From Clostridia bacterium (GTDB lineage: Bacteria > Bacillota > Clostridia > TANB77 > CAG-465), in contig JAGAIU010000011.1 of the NCBI GenBank assembly GCA_017626395.1, positions 20,917 to 84,916 on the forward strand: a stretch of DNA of 64,000 nt, given 5' to 3'. The position numbers and the translations under genes were made by a program. This document shows, piece by piece, positions 29,890-43,000 of this stretch; the stretch's first letter is position 1, and each line of letters begins with the position of its first letter. The notes beneath the pieces were generated by a model, which was given only the letters and a program-made list of their open reading frames with translations, was not told the DNA's origin and made no database searches.

Positions 29890-30800
29890 TTAATTTATCA
29901 AGTATTTCATTACATAATTCAGTAGGCATTATAACACTTGAAGACAATCTTGCACACACATACATGATAGATACATACGTTGATGTAGATAATAGCTTAC
30001 CAGTTGGATATGCTCAAGTAATATTCCCATATAATAGGGATATTTTAAAATATTGGACTACTTATAATGGCATTGTTATTATTCACAGTAAATTATTACC
30101 TAAAGACACAAATAATCAAGCAATTAATAACTTACCTAATAGTTCACTTAAAAGTAAAAGTATAGAGCAGATTAAAACTCATAAAGATAAAAATAAGATT
30201 GTTATTGAGCAAGATTATAATTATTCTTTTATTGGACGTATACACAAAGTTAAACATGCTGGTAAGAAAATTATCGTTAAATTAGAAAATTTAGGATGGA
30301 AATTTTTACAAAAAATGCCAATGGATTTTCGTAAAGCATATGTAGCATCTAAACCAGTTGGAGATGCTTTTCAAGATATATGTAGTTTTATGGGAGTTGA
30401 ATGTGCATATAATAAAGAAGAATTAAATAAATATTCTTTTGCAGCTGATGGGTATTCAATTGAACTAAATGGAGAAATTATTGAAGAAACACCAAGTTAT
30501 CTTGCTGAAGTAAAAAGTCTTGACCAAGATTTAGCAGATGGATTAAGTGATGGGACCAACGAGTCAGGTGATTTACCAAATATGAAAAAAAACAACAATG
30601 ACGCCCAACAACAAAATACACAAAATAATCAACAAAATAATACTTTAAAATCTACAGAAAATAAGGATACAATAGATGAAGACTTTGAAGAAAAAGTACA
30701 AAATTTATTCCAAGGAAATACCATTTATAATTCTGATTTAATTTCAAATGTATTAAATTATGGTAATATTACTTCACATACAACGACAAACGAGGAATAA
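29886..30800 (+). CDS. hypothetical baseplate protein; paralog of 26697..28136
   Basis: See the paralog motifs above. C-terminal Q/N-rich tract NNNDAQQQNTQNNQQNN. Confidence 0.4.
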   Translation: MINLSSISLHNSVGIITLEDNLAHTYMIDTYVDVDNSLPVGYAQVIFPYNRDILKYWTTYNGIVIIHSKLLPKDTNNQAINNLPNSSLKSKSIEQIKTHKDKNKIVIEQDYNYSFIGRIHKVKHAGKKIIVKLENLGWKFLQKMPMDFRKAYVASKPVGDAFQDICSFMGVECAYNKEELNKYSFAADGYSIELNGEIIEETPSYLAEVKSLDQDLADGLSDGTNESGDLPNMKKNNNDAQQQNTQNNQQNNTLKSTENKDTIDEDFEEKVQNLFQGNTIYNSDLISNVLNYGNITSHTTTNEE

Positions 30801-30802
30801 TC

Positions 30803-32281
30803 ATGGGTAAAAAAGGTTTTAGATATACACAAGGTCGTGTGCAAAAAGCCACACAAATTATCAATGGTACACGTACTAATGCTACTATTAGAGATTTAGA
30901 AGAGGAAGAAGGTGAATTAGAAGAAAAAGAAGGTACTGTTGTATCCATTAAAGAAGATAATATTAATGGGAATGGTTGGACAGTAAAAGATAAAGATGGT
31001 CAAACATATGTCTGTTCCTGTGCTAATTCAATGTATGAACTACCAGAAACAAAACAACGTGGTGGATTACTTTATCCAACTGAAACAGTAACAGTTAAAT
31101 TTCAAATTAATCCAGTTTTAAGATTAAATACTATTACAGAAATTACATCATTAGGTAAAGAAACTGATAAATTAGATATTAATAAATGGAAGCATGGAGA
31201 TGAATCAACAACAGTAATAGCTAAACCAAGGTCTGCAATTTCTATATCTAATGGTTTCATTACTATGAATTATGACAACAATAATAAAGTAATCGCAAAT
31301 GACCAAGGCATATCAACAGAAGGCGATAACACAAATATTAACACAGAAACATTAAATATTAACAGTAATAATATTAATGTAGCAGGTAAATTACTTACTT
31401 CTATTATTGACGAACAAGCACTAAATGTTAGCAATGAATATGCATCATATAATGTTAATACTATTAATAAAGCCAATTTATACGTTGATAGAAGTAATAA
31501 TATGACACAAGTTCATATAGATACAGGTGATAATAAAATATCTGGATATGGTGTTATTGGTGAAATAAAAGACCAAAAAGCAATACCATTAAGAGAACAA
31601 ACACAACAATTAGTTACAGATGGTAATTGTGTAGATATTGTAGTTATTGATGAAGATGGTATTATTAGAGTAAAATCATTTGAAAATGACTGCACAGAAG
31701 AAAGATTAATATCTTCAACTAACAATTGGATTACACCACAAATTGAATCACGTAATTATATTAAAGTTATCGTTAAGCAAACATGTGACTCATGTGATGA
31801 AGGTACAAATACAAAGTCAGAATTTATAAATTATTGCCCTTCATGTCAAAATTTCAATACTTTAATTGATACATCTACATCAGTTAAATGCAATACATGT
31901 GGAACAACATATTGTCAAAATTGTGGTCATAACATAAATAATCCATCATCAGAAAAATTAAAAAAATATCAAGATAATTTCATTTCAGCATATGGTACAA
32001 CATGTAAATATTGCAATACACAGTTACAACCTAATACAAATAAGCAATATGTAAATTATTGCCCAGAATGTCAACAATGGAATTGGTTAAGGCAATCAGA
32101 GATGGAACAAGATGGCAATACAATTAATATTTTAGAATGTGGATATTGTAATAGTAAGTTTTGCAGTACATGTGGTATAGACCAAGATAAGCATGGTATT
32201 GTTCTTCGAGATGATTTAGTTTCATATACAGCATATAAAAATGCCTTTCGTAAATTAAAATACATAAAAGATGGTGTTTAA
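30803..32281 (+). CDS. zinc-ribbon-rich baseplate protein (possible central spike/tip protein)
   Basis: N-terminal beta-rich GRVQKATQIINGT...GTVVSIKEDNINGNGWTVKDKDGQTYVC. At least three CxxC...CxxC clusters (CPSCQNF...CNTCGTTYCQNCGH; CKYCNTQ...CPECQQWNW; CGYCNSKFCSTCG). Confidence 0.35.
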   Translation: MGKKGFRYTQGRVQKATQIINGTRTNATIRDLEEEEGELEEKEGTVVSIKEDNINGNGWTVKDKDGQTYVCSCANSMYELPETKQRGGLLYPTETVTVKFQINPVLRLNTITEITSLGKETDKLDINKWKHGDESTTVIAKPRSAISISNGFITMNYDNNNKVIANDQGISTEGDNTNINTETLNINSNNINVAGKLLTSIIDEQALNVSNEYASYNVNTINKANLYVDRSNNMTQVHIDTGDNKISGYGVIGEIKDQKAIPLREQTQQLVTDGNCVDIVVIDEDGIIRVKSFENDCTEERLISSTNNWITPQIESRNYIKVIVKQTCDSCDEGTNTKSEFINYCPSCQNFNTLIDTSTSVKCNTCGTTYCQNCGHNINNPSSEKLKKYQDNFISAYGTTCKYCNTQLQPNTNKQYVNYCPECQQWNWLRQSEMEQDGNTINILECGYCNSKFCSTCGIDQDKHGIVLRDDLVSYTAYKNAFRKLKYIKDGV

Positions 32282-33409
32282 ATGGTAGAATTAATAATTA
32301 ATGATGGTACTAATATATTAGATAATTTATGGCAAAATTTAATTAGCGTAGGTGCTAGAACTCGTCGACATGATAGTTCACATACAGGACTTTTATTTTC
32401 AGCAATTGCAACTGAAATAAATGTTGCAATTAGTTTATTACAGTCATACTCTAATCAATACTCATTAGATACTATGACAGATAAAGTATTGATTGAAAAT
32501 ATGTCCAGTCAATACGCTATTCGTAGATTAGCAAGTAAATCAAAAGCTATATTAACTTTTTATCGTATGGAAGGATATACAGAAGGGATTAGAATACCTG
32601 CTGGTTTTGCAGTAAAAGCTTCTGTTCCTGGTAATATTATATTTAAAACAGTATCAGATGTATATTTAAATAAAGGTACACAATCAGTCTCTGTTATGGC
32701 ATATTCATTAAATTCAGGTACACAAAATAATGTTGATGCATATACATTAACTATATGTGCTGACCCAAATTTTAATACAATGTTTGGTGTAACCAATAAA
32801 GAACCATCATTTGGTGCTTATAATGATGAATCCATATCCCATTTACAAGAAAGAGCTAAATCTTTTAGATGGGCTACAGAATACACTCAAAGAGATATAG
32901 AAAACCATATGTATCAAGTTGGTTTAACTGGTAGTGATTTCATGTTAGAAGAGTATATTGATGGTCCTGGTACTTATATGATTTGTGTAGATACAGATTC
33001 AGATTATGCTTTTGATGATGTTGTTAGCAGAATATCATATTATCATAATCGTGGAATACAACCTGTATATGTACGTGCTACAAGATTATATATTGATATG
33101 TACATTACAGTACAAACAGCACATGAAGTGGATTATACTCCAACAGAAAAAAATTCAATTTATAATAATATTAATAATGCGATACAAAGATTCTTTGCAG
33201 CATATTGTGCTATTGGAACTGATATTCGTATTAACGCATTAAAAGCAGCTATTAATAATGCATTAAGTGGTTATGATATTGCTGATGTTGAAGTAGACAT
33301 AGCAAATTCTGTTGTCGTAAATAAACGTAATGTTGTAGAAATTGGTAATACAACAAAAGCATATCCTAATAAAATTTTAACATCATTAGAATACGTAGGG
33401 GGAGAATAA
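32282..33409 (+). CDS. baseplate J-like protein
   Basis: KSKAILTFYRMEGYTEGIRIPAGFAVKASVPGNIIFKTVSDVYLNKGTQSVSVMAYSLNSGTQNNV resembles the gpJ/gp6 pattern (A-G-x-V-x-F...IPaGt-x-V...F-x-t...V-x-A-x-x-G-x-x-gNV). 375 aa. Confidence 0.5.
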   Translation: MVELIINDGTNILDNLWQNLISVGARTRRHDSSHTGLLFSAIATEINVAISLLQSYSNQYSLDTMTDKVLIENMSSQYAIRRLASKSKAILTFYRMEGYTEGIRIPAGFAVKASVPGNIIFKTVSDVYLNKGTQSVSVMAYSLNSGTQNNVDAYTLTICADPNFNTMFGVTNKEPSFGAYNDESISHLQERAKSFRWATEYTQRDIENHMYQVGLTGSDFMLEEYIDGPGTYMICVDTDSDYAFDDVVSRISYYHNRGIQPVYVRATRLYIDMYITVQTAHEVDYTPTEKNSIYNNINNAIQRFFAAYCAIGTDIRINALKAAINNALSGYDIADVEVDIANSVVVNKRNVVEIGNTTKAYPNKILTSLEYVGGE

Positions 33410-33957
33410 TGGTTAAATGTAATATAGAAAGATTAAAAACAGTTGAATCTGATTTTATTGCTATATCTGACATGAATACATCTACTCAATGTGAGCAAAA
33501 TCTTTCTAATGCAGATATGTTGGATTTTCGTTCTGATATGGATAATCGTTCTTTTTATGAAAAAACTGCTTGGAATGCATGTGAAGATTTAATATACACA
33601 AAAAACGAAGAAACACTTTGGCAATGTATTGTAGGTGAAATAAAAACACCTAAAGGAGCATTAAGTAATTCAATAGGTCAATCATCATATGGTTGCTTAA
33701 TCTGGGACTTCATTGGAGAAAATTTAGACTCATTAGATATAAAAGAAATAGAATACGAAATCATACAAGTATGCCTAAAATATCCAGAAGTTAATAATGT
33801 TATTGGAATAGAAACATATACAGCAGATAATACAATGCTATTGATGGAAATATCAATAGATTCAATATATGGTACCTTTGATGGAACATTAAGAATACCA
33901 ACAGCCCACATAAGTAAAAAAGACTGGAGAAAATACGATAACAGAATACTTAATTAA
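33409..33957 (+). CDS. small baseplate protein (gp25/GPW-like candidate)
   Basis: 182 aa. ATGG overlap with the J-like gene. LSNSIGQSSYGCLIWDF...IEYEIIQVCLKYPEVNNV is loosely gp25-like. Confidence 0.3.
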   Translation: MVKCNIERLKTVESDFIAISDMNTSTQCEQNLSNADMLDFRSDMDNRSFYEKTAWNACEDLIYTKNEETLWQCIVGEIKTPKGALSNSIGQSSYGCLIWDFIGENLDSLDIKEIEYEIIQVCLKYPEVNNVIGIETYTADNTMLLMEISIDSIYGTFDGTLRIPTAHISKKDWRKYDNRILN

Positions 33958-34008
33958 ATACATTAGAAAAGAAAAAAAGAAATAATATTATTTTTTTGAG
34001 GCAATAAA

Positions 34009-37000
34009 ATGGATTATCAAGAATTAGAGGACGTATACGAATTCCATAGAAATATGAGGAAAACTCCATGGTTGCAGTTGTTTCCACATTGGTGGGATGA
34101 AAATGACGCTTTATTAAACGCCATTGGTAATGAAGTAGAACGTGTCAAAGCACAAGCTGTTTTTGTTCTATTAAACGCAGGTATTAAACCACCAGTATTA
34201 TTATGGCAAGAATCAATTAATCATGAAACTTTTAATGCTCATTTCAACGCAAAACAATTACCAAAAACTGTAACAATTCAAGCACCACTTTATGAAACTT
34301 GGGGTAAGATTACGCTTACTAATAATACAGAGAAAGACATAGATGGTTTAATATTAAAACTTGATAATTCACATGGATATGCAATTAATCAATTAATTAC
34401 TCAAGAAGATATTTTAGTAATTAATTTAACAGAAAATAAAGTTCTTTTAAATAAAAAACAAATTGAGCCTCAAACCATAGGCGAAGGAATGCCATATTTC
34501 GTTACACAACAAAATAATGAAGTATACGATACAAACACACCATTACATAATGAAGTTATTAGATTAGAAATATCTACAAATGATACTGAAAATATTGAAT
34601 GTGATATTGACATTGACATTGAATTAGAAAATGCTGTCTTTACTAATGAACAAAATATCGAAATTACAGGTTTAGAAGCTGTACCAATTGATAGAGTAGA
34701 ATTATATGTTAAATATGATTTTTCATTTAACTCTAAATATAATGGATGGCAAAAAGCATGGGAAAAAGAATATGAGAAAAATACTAACGTAGTATACGAT
34801 AGAATTACTACACAGATATATACAAAAGAATTCTATGTCGATGTATACTTTAAAACACTTCAATACCCATATACTGTAGGATTCCCTTGTTACAAGGAAG
34901 CCACATCAAAGTCACCATATCATGTTAATAGCAGATTAGATAAATGGGGAGAGCAATTAGGTCTTCCAAGAAGATTATATAAAACTGAAATACCAACCAA
35001 TGAATATTATAGAACTTTTCCTATTTTTTATCCTTTCGACATTGAACAAGATTATTGGTATTATAAACGTTTAACTAGTGAATACTCTTGGGTAGAATCA
35101 CCTGTTAATGATGTAGACATTAAAGATACAGATGGTAATAATGTAATTAGATTGTATTCAATTAATCCATTTACAGAAGATTTCGCTGTCCATGCTAAAT
35201 CAAGATATCCAGTTGATAAAGAATTTATTAATTATAATGATTATCATCCAATTGCTATATCTCAACAAACAGCAAAAGATATAGGTGTGCAAACTCCTTA
35301 TAAAGATATAATTAATTTATTATCTGATAACAATAAAAAAGCATCAATTACATTAAACAACTATACAGACAACAACGATGTAGTCTATAAAAGAAATAAA
35401 TATTATCAAAAATACGATTACATTACAGAACTAGGTGAAGGAGTATATAGAGAGGGCTGGAAAGAGCCAGATAGTTATAAAAAAGATATATCATATATTA
35501 AAAGCAGTACACATCAATCTACAGAACTTATAACTTATTTTGATTTATCTAGTTTACCACAAGATGTTAATATTGAAAATATTGAATTTATTGTAGAAGC
35601 TGAATCTACTGATAATAAAAAAAATAAATATGCTACTGAAAATACTGGGGTATTAATTCCTAATTATAATGACTCTGAAAGATTTTTCATACCATTAACT
35701 GCCGATAAAAGTTATCAGTTAAAAAAGCAAGAAATTACTTATTCAAATGATGAAGTAATTGATTACTTAAATAACATTAAAATTGCAGATGAGAATATTA
35801 GGCAAAGTTTTACTATAGGTGAATTTCAAGGTAAGATTACTGATTTCGTAAAAATACCTTTTGAATTAGAAGAAAATAGTGAAAATGTTGATGATATTAC
35901 TGATGTATGGATATATTATAATGGAAACATTAGGCAAGCATCTTATAAGAATGATGAAAATGGTAAATATATTTATGCATACGTACCTAATTTACCAATA
36001 ATAAATACACTTACTATTATATGTAAATCACAAACACATAAGCCTTTTTCATACACTATTAATGTTAATAAGTATAATCAATACTCTGAAGATGGAACTA
36101 CAATAGAATATCAATACATACAAGGACCTATTGTTAATGATGAGCATAATGAAATATCTGACTACGTCGAATGGCACACAGATAACTTACGTAATTTAAT
36201 GCAAAAGCAAGGAATTTATTTCAGACATATATTAAAAAATACTGACGAACAAAGTTCAACAACAGTATTTTTATATAATATTCAAGCAAAAATTACATAT
36301 TCACCTAAAAAATCAAATTTTAAAATAACAACTAATATCACTAAAAAATCTGATTTCCCAAAAATAGGTACATTAAATATAAAAGTTGAAAATACTGGAG
36401 AAAAGAACTTTAGTAGTAATGTAGATATTATTACACCATCTAATATAGTATTATCACAAAATAATATACCAATAGATTTAAAAGTCGGTCAATCACTTGA
36501 AAAAGATATCGATATTACTGCTACATATCCAATTGATGATGGCTTTTATGATATTGTAACTATTTGTGAAGATTCTATAAAAAAAGATAGCATAGAAATT
36601 TTCTCTGATGGTTTAATAGCAACAGGTGTTAATCTTAAATCACATCATGGAAAATATAACGATACTATTAATTTAAAAGCTGAAGTATATGCTATTGATG
36701 GTGGTAAAATTAATGGGACAGATAGCCAAGTACAATTTTATATTAATGGATTTGCAGTTGGTAATAAAGTGCAAGTTGTAGATGGGTTAGTTGAAGCTTC
36801 AATTTCACCTAAAGATTACTATTTTACTGGTACTGGTAATTTAACATTAGAAGCAAAATTTTTAGGTACTACAAAATATGCTTCATCATCTAATAAATCA
36901 ACTATTTTTATTAGTAAAGATACAACACGTATAGAATTAATTTCTGATAATGTAGCACCATATAAGGGAGCTTTTGAATTAAAAGCTAAAGTAGAATATT

Positions 37001-40000
37001 ATAATGGTCAAGGATATGTTCCAGTAGATGCTGGAACTGTAGAATTTTATATAGATGATGAAATATTAAGTAGCAATACAACATTAGTAGATGGAGTATT
37101 TCTATCTTCTATTAATTCAATAGAAAACCCAGCAGGTAGTTATACATTATGGGCTAAATATTCAGGTACAGAATCTTATGTAGCTGTAGAAACATCACAA
37201 CCTTTTGAAATTATTGGTGGAAAAAGTAAAATATCTGTATTCGATATACAAGCAAAACCATATTCTATAATACAATTAAAAGCAAAAGTAACAGATGTAA
37301 ATAATAAAAATATAATTAGTGGATATGTAGATTTTAATATAAAAAATATACATGGCGAAGATGTAAATTTTAACACTAATATTACTAATATACCTGTTAA
37401 AAATGGTTTAGCAATATCTGATGATATATTATTAAGCGTTGAATTAGAATCAGATTTTAATACAGAAAGATACACTATTGAAGCAAAATACCATAATACT
37501 TTAGATTCAAATAACGATGAGTTATATGGGTCTAGTACAGCACAAGGTTATATTTTTGTAGCTAAAACAGATGTTATTTTAGATTATCAATCATTCTATG
37601 GTACACAATATGAACCTTTAGGTTTTTATGTTAGAGCAAGAGACGCAGAAACAGGTGCACCAGTATCTAATGGTAAAATAGCTATTACTTTAGAAACAGA
37701 AGGAGTAACTATTGAAGAAGAAGTAGATGATAAAGGAGTAGCTCGTTTAATTCATAATCCTTTAGATTTTAATGCAAAAGATTGGAGTGAATTAGAGAAA
37801 TTTTCTTTTGACGTTGTAGATGATGATTTACATAGATATTACAATGGAACAGAATTTATAGCTGATTTTGATTTCTTTTACAATGAACAAGATGGTACAT
37901 TACATTATATCAAAGGAAAACAAAATAATGAAAATAATGAAGTATCATTCATATATAATGCAGAAACTGGTAAATATGACATTATTGATACTGATACAAA
38001 TGATGTAATTGATGATTACGATAATGAACATTTATATATAACAAATGGTCATTTGTACGCAAGAACAACAAAAGATATATTGCGACAATATACAATTGGC
38101 ACACAAAATTTAAAAATCGAATACATTTCAAGTGGACAATATAGAAGTAAAACTGAATATTTTGATGATGGATTGCAAATTTCACAATCTAATATTGATT
38201 TAGATATACATTCATATGATTTAAAATATACAGATAACGATAGTATTATATGTTATGCAACAAAATACACTTTTACTGACGATATCAATACAGAAAATAT
38301 TAATAGTGGAAGTGTACAATTTATTGTAGACAATCAAGTATTAGATACAGTAAATATTGCTAATGGTAAAGCTATATTAAAAAATAGTCTTTTAACCAAT
38401 ATTAATGGTGGACAACATTTAATGTGCGTTAAATATGCTAATAATAATGATACTTCTTATTCTTATTCATTATTGAAGCTGACAAAAATGGAGCCATCAT
38501 TAAATATTTTAGTCGACCAAGAGATTAAAAATAAAAAATCTAATGTTATTGTTACTTTATCAGCTTCTGATAATTTAAATATACCTTTAAATGGATTGAT
38601 ATCATTATATTTAGATGATGAATTAATTGGCACACAATATCTTAATGGAAACGAGATGTTGCCTGGAATAATTGATGAATATAATATCGAAAGGTTAAAA
38701 GAAGAAATGCAATTATACTCTGAATCAGAACGTAACATATATATTCCTGGTGTTATTTTTAGTGTGTTAATGCCATATGATATAGATAATCATCAATTAG
38801 TAGCTAAATATGAGGGTAATGAGTTTTTGATGCCTAAAACTCAAACATATCAATTATCTCAAATACCTGCTGAAATACAAATTAATATAAAAAATAATAT
38901 TTATGTCGCTAGAAATGAGCCTTGTTTTATTGATGTTGATGTTACATATGAAGACGATATCATAAATGAAGGTAAAATAGTATTAACATATGGAGACGAA
39001 GAAATAGCATCATCAAATGTCCTTGACAATAAAGCTAGATTAACATGGACTCCATCATCAAATAATTTATTAAATACTTATGTAATTACTTACACAGGTT
39101 CAACAAATTACAAAGACAAACATATTACTGCAAATATAAATGTAATTGACCCACTTAAAACAATTACAATACCAAATGAACAACAACATACATTAGAAGA
39201 TGCATTAATGTGCTTACAATCAAATGGAACAATATACATTACAGACGATATTATATTAGAAAAAAGCATTGAAATCACAAAAGATTGTTCAATTATTGGT
39301 GAAAATGGTGTATCTATTATTAAGGATATTAAAGAGTTACCAATTGACTTTAATATTTTACAAAATATAAGCACAGAACAAATGCAACATATGTATAAGC
39401 TTGATTTATCTTTTGAAGATATTAATGCAACAGATTTTACTTTTATAGATAATCAGTTATATATAAAAGGTAAAACAGAAATGATACCTATATATTTAGC
39501 AGAGAATGGAGTATTTTATTCTGAAACACCATTATCAAAAATATTATCTGATTTAAATATTATTATAAAAGCAAATGTACATTTCGATAATTTAACCTTT
39601 AAATCTAATGACAGCAAAATATTAAATAATTTTGTAATTTATAACGAAAGCAATTGCTTAATTACTTATTCAATTATTGAAAAGACAGCTAAATTATATA
39701 ATAAAGGAAACATGACAGCCCATAGAAATCTAATCTATGGATTATGTCAAAATGTTACAGATTTAGATAATAATTGGTGGGGGTCAAATACACCACCATA
39801 CAACGTTAATAACCATATAATCATTGATGTTAAAGCAGTTAATACACCAGCAGTTATTAGCGAAGAAGTTGAAATAGAAGGAGAAATGATAGGTGCAAAT
39901 GGTCAATACTACACCATACCACAAACAGATTTTAGTTTTACTGCTGATAGTGGATATTTCTCTGTGGATACAGGTAAAGTAACAAATCAAAAAGCACATA

Positions 40001-43000
40001 CAACATATTTAGACGCTATTAAAGAAGGTAATGTTTACTTTACAGTTGATAATGAGACAGTAAAATGTCCAGTATATGATTATGAAAGAAAAACAGAAGT
40101 TATTATTGATGACATTGATGAAGTACTAATTAATTATCAAATGCCAATCACAGCAAAAGTACAAAGTTGTGCCGATGTATATTATGAATTTGACAATAAT
40201 AATAATATTACTGAAAGTACAAAAACAATCAATGAAGGATATATTGACTTCTATATCGATAACAAACAAGTAGGACATGAAGCTGTAAGAAAAGGTAAAG
40301 CTCAAGCAAAAATATTCTTTAAAGATGCAATTTATGAGGAAAACACAAAATACGAATTAAAAGCAATTTATCATTCATCTGATAATTATTTTGATTCTCA
40401 ATCATCAATTAATATAACAACTATTACAGATGAAGATGTTTGCTTTGTATCTACTTCAGGAAGTGATAATGGAAATGGTAATTATAGTAATCCTTTCTTA
40501 ACATTATCAAAAGCAATTGCATCTAATAATAAAAAAATATTTTTACTTGAAGGAGATTATTATGCTGAAAATATTATAGTCACACATAATGTATCTATTA
40601 AAAAATACAATGGAGAAGTGAATTTTTCAAATAATACAGGCAATATTTTATTTAATATACAACCTAATGTAAAATTAAATATTTCAAAAATTAATTTTAT
40701 AGAAAATCAAACAACAATATTATTTGACAATTCTGGTAGTTTAAATATAGAACAATGTATTTTTTATAAAAATAAAAGTACATTATTTAAAAATAACTTA
40801 ACATCAACTTTATTTTCAGTATCATTATGTGCTATAGTAGATAATTATTTAATATCTTCTAATATTAATCCTAATCATTATTCATATTGTTGGTTTGGAA
40901 CTAATTCCCCTTCAGATGATTTTAATGATTATATAGTAATGACTACTAAAGTATCAAAAGATAAAATATATATAGGTAGTTTAGCTCATATTACAGCAGA
41001 ATTGAAACATTATAGTCATAATGGAGTACAATATAATTTAGATAATCCATTACCATTAAGAATAGCTAAATTTGCCTCTGATATTGGTGAACTTAAACCT
41101 GTTAAAGATTACACTTATCATAATAGTAGTACAAGTTTAATTAATACATTAAAAGATAACAATACATCACAATATATTATTAAATTAAAAAATAGAGTAT
41201 ATTATGATTCAGAAAAAATTAATCTGTTATTTAATGTTACTAATGTATTTGACGAACCAGTAGAATCTGGAATTTTAAAAGTTGTGATTACAAGCGAGAA
41301 TAATAAATTAGAAAACACTATTGATATCATTAATGGTCAAGCTACTTATAATCTACCAACATTACCAATAGACGAATATAATGTTAGTTGCACATATATA
41401 AAAGAGCAAATATACAATTTAAATACAACTTTTGTTGTTAAACCATTAGATATTATATTGCAAAATATACAATTAGATGAGTTTTCACACTTATATTATA
41501 CTCATATTACTGGAACTGCTGTAGATAATTTAGGTCAAAATATTAACGATGAAATATTAGACATTAAAATTAATGATGACAATGTAGGGACATTAATAAT
41601 AAACGATGGCGTCATAAATCAACAAATATCCTATAATCTACTCAAACCAGGTCAATATGAAATTATTTTAACAAATGAAGATAGACGCACAAAATATGAT
41701 ACATTACACTATACAATACCTTTAATAGTTAAACCACAAAAAACATCCATTGCTTTTGATTATAATACTATTGAAAAAGATATTAGTAATAATCTTATTA
41801 TTGAAATATACGACAGCGAAGGTAGAGAAGTACAATCAGGAACAGTTAGAGTAGATTTTAATAACGTCATTTATGAAGAAAGTATATCAGTTAATAATGG
41901 TATCGCAATGTTAAATAACTTTAATATTGATAATAGTGGGCAATATCCAATTGCTATATATTATACCGATAATGATGGGTATTATAAAGACTCTGTTTAC
42001 ATCAATAATAACTTTGGTGTTGGCATATATGGCGTAACTTTTTCATTATCTGATACAGATATTATTACAGCAGATATAGGAAAACAATTTGCTTTAAATA
42101 CAACTATTAAAGATGTAGGTAATCAATTAGTGAATATAGGATATGTAAATGTTTACATTGATGACAGCTTGTACGTTCAAAACGTAGGAATCAATAATGG
42201 AAACGTAAGTATTATTTCAGAATTACCAGAAAATATATCTGCTGGACTACATAGACTTACTCTTGAATATATAGGCGATGATATATATTTAGATACTTAT
42301 TTAGATATTTATTTAAAAATAGGTCAAATTCAAACAGAAATAGGTATTATTAGTACTTCAGGTAAAAGTGGGCAAAAATCAACAATTAATTACACAATTA
42401 ATTCAATATATGGAAACGTTAATACTGGAACATTAACAGCTGTTTTCAACGAACAAATTATAGGTCAATCTATTGTTACTGATAATATTACTAATCAAAT
42501 AACATTTAATACACCATTTTTACCAGCAAATAATAACTATGAAATTACCTTTAAATATCACGACAGTAATAATAATTATGCAGATAGTAGTATTACAACA
42601 AAATTAATCATTGAAAGAAGTAATGTTATTATTACACCACAAAAAACATGGTATTATCCTCAAAAAGATTTTAATTTTATATTAGATGTAAGAGATGCCG
42701 AAGAAAAAATTATTGATAATGGTAAAATCGATTTATATGTTAATAATGTAAAAGAATATGAAGACATATCTATTGTTAATGGTCAAGCTGTTATTCCAAT
42801 GATTTTTAATAAGGCATCAACATATACTTTTGATATTGTATATCAAGAAGATGAATACTATTTACAAACTAAAAAAACAATTGACTTTAATGTTGATAGC
42901 GTTGTTATAGATGATATTAACTTTAAAGATGAATTGTCAAGCTTGCCAAATAGAATGTTTTCAACTGAATTAATCTTCACAACATTAGATGATTACATTG

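Noticed and set aside
33006-33242. 78-aa plus-strand ORF inside the baseplate J-like gene
   Set aside because: Alternative frame of a longer, motif-bearing ORF. Composition typical of an off-frame AT-rich read.
37176-37475. Minus-strand ORFs inside the giant fibre gene (also 37982..38185, 38463..38738, 39108..39374, 39784..39999, 43204..43446)
   Set aside because: Same reasoning. They are embedded antisense in a continuous 11.4-kb ORF.
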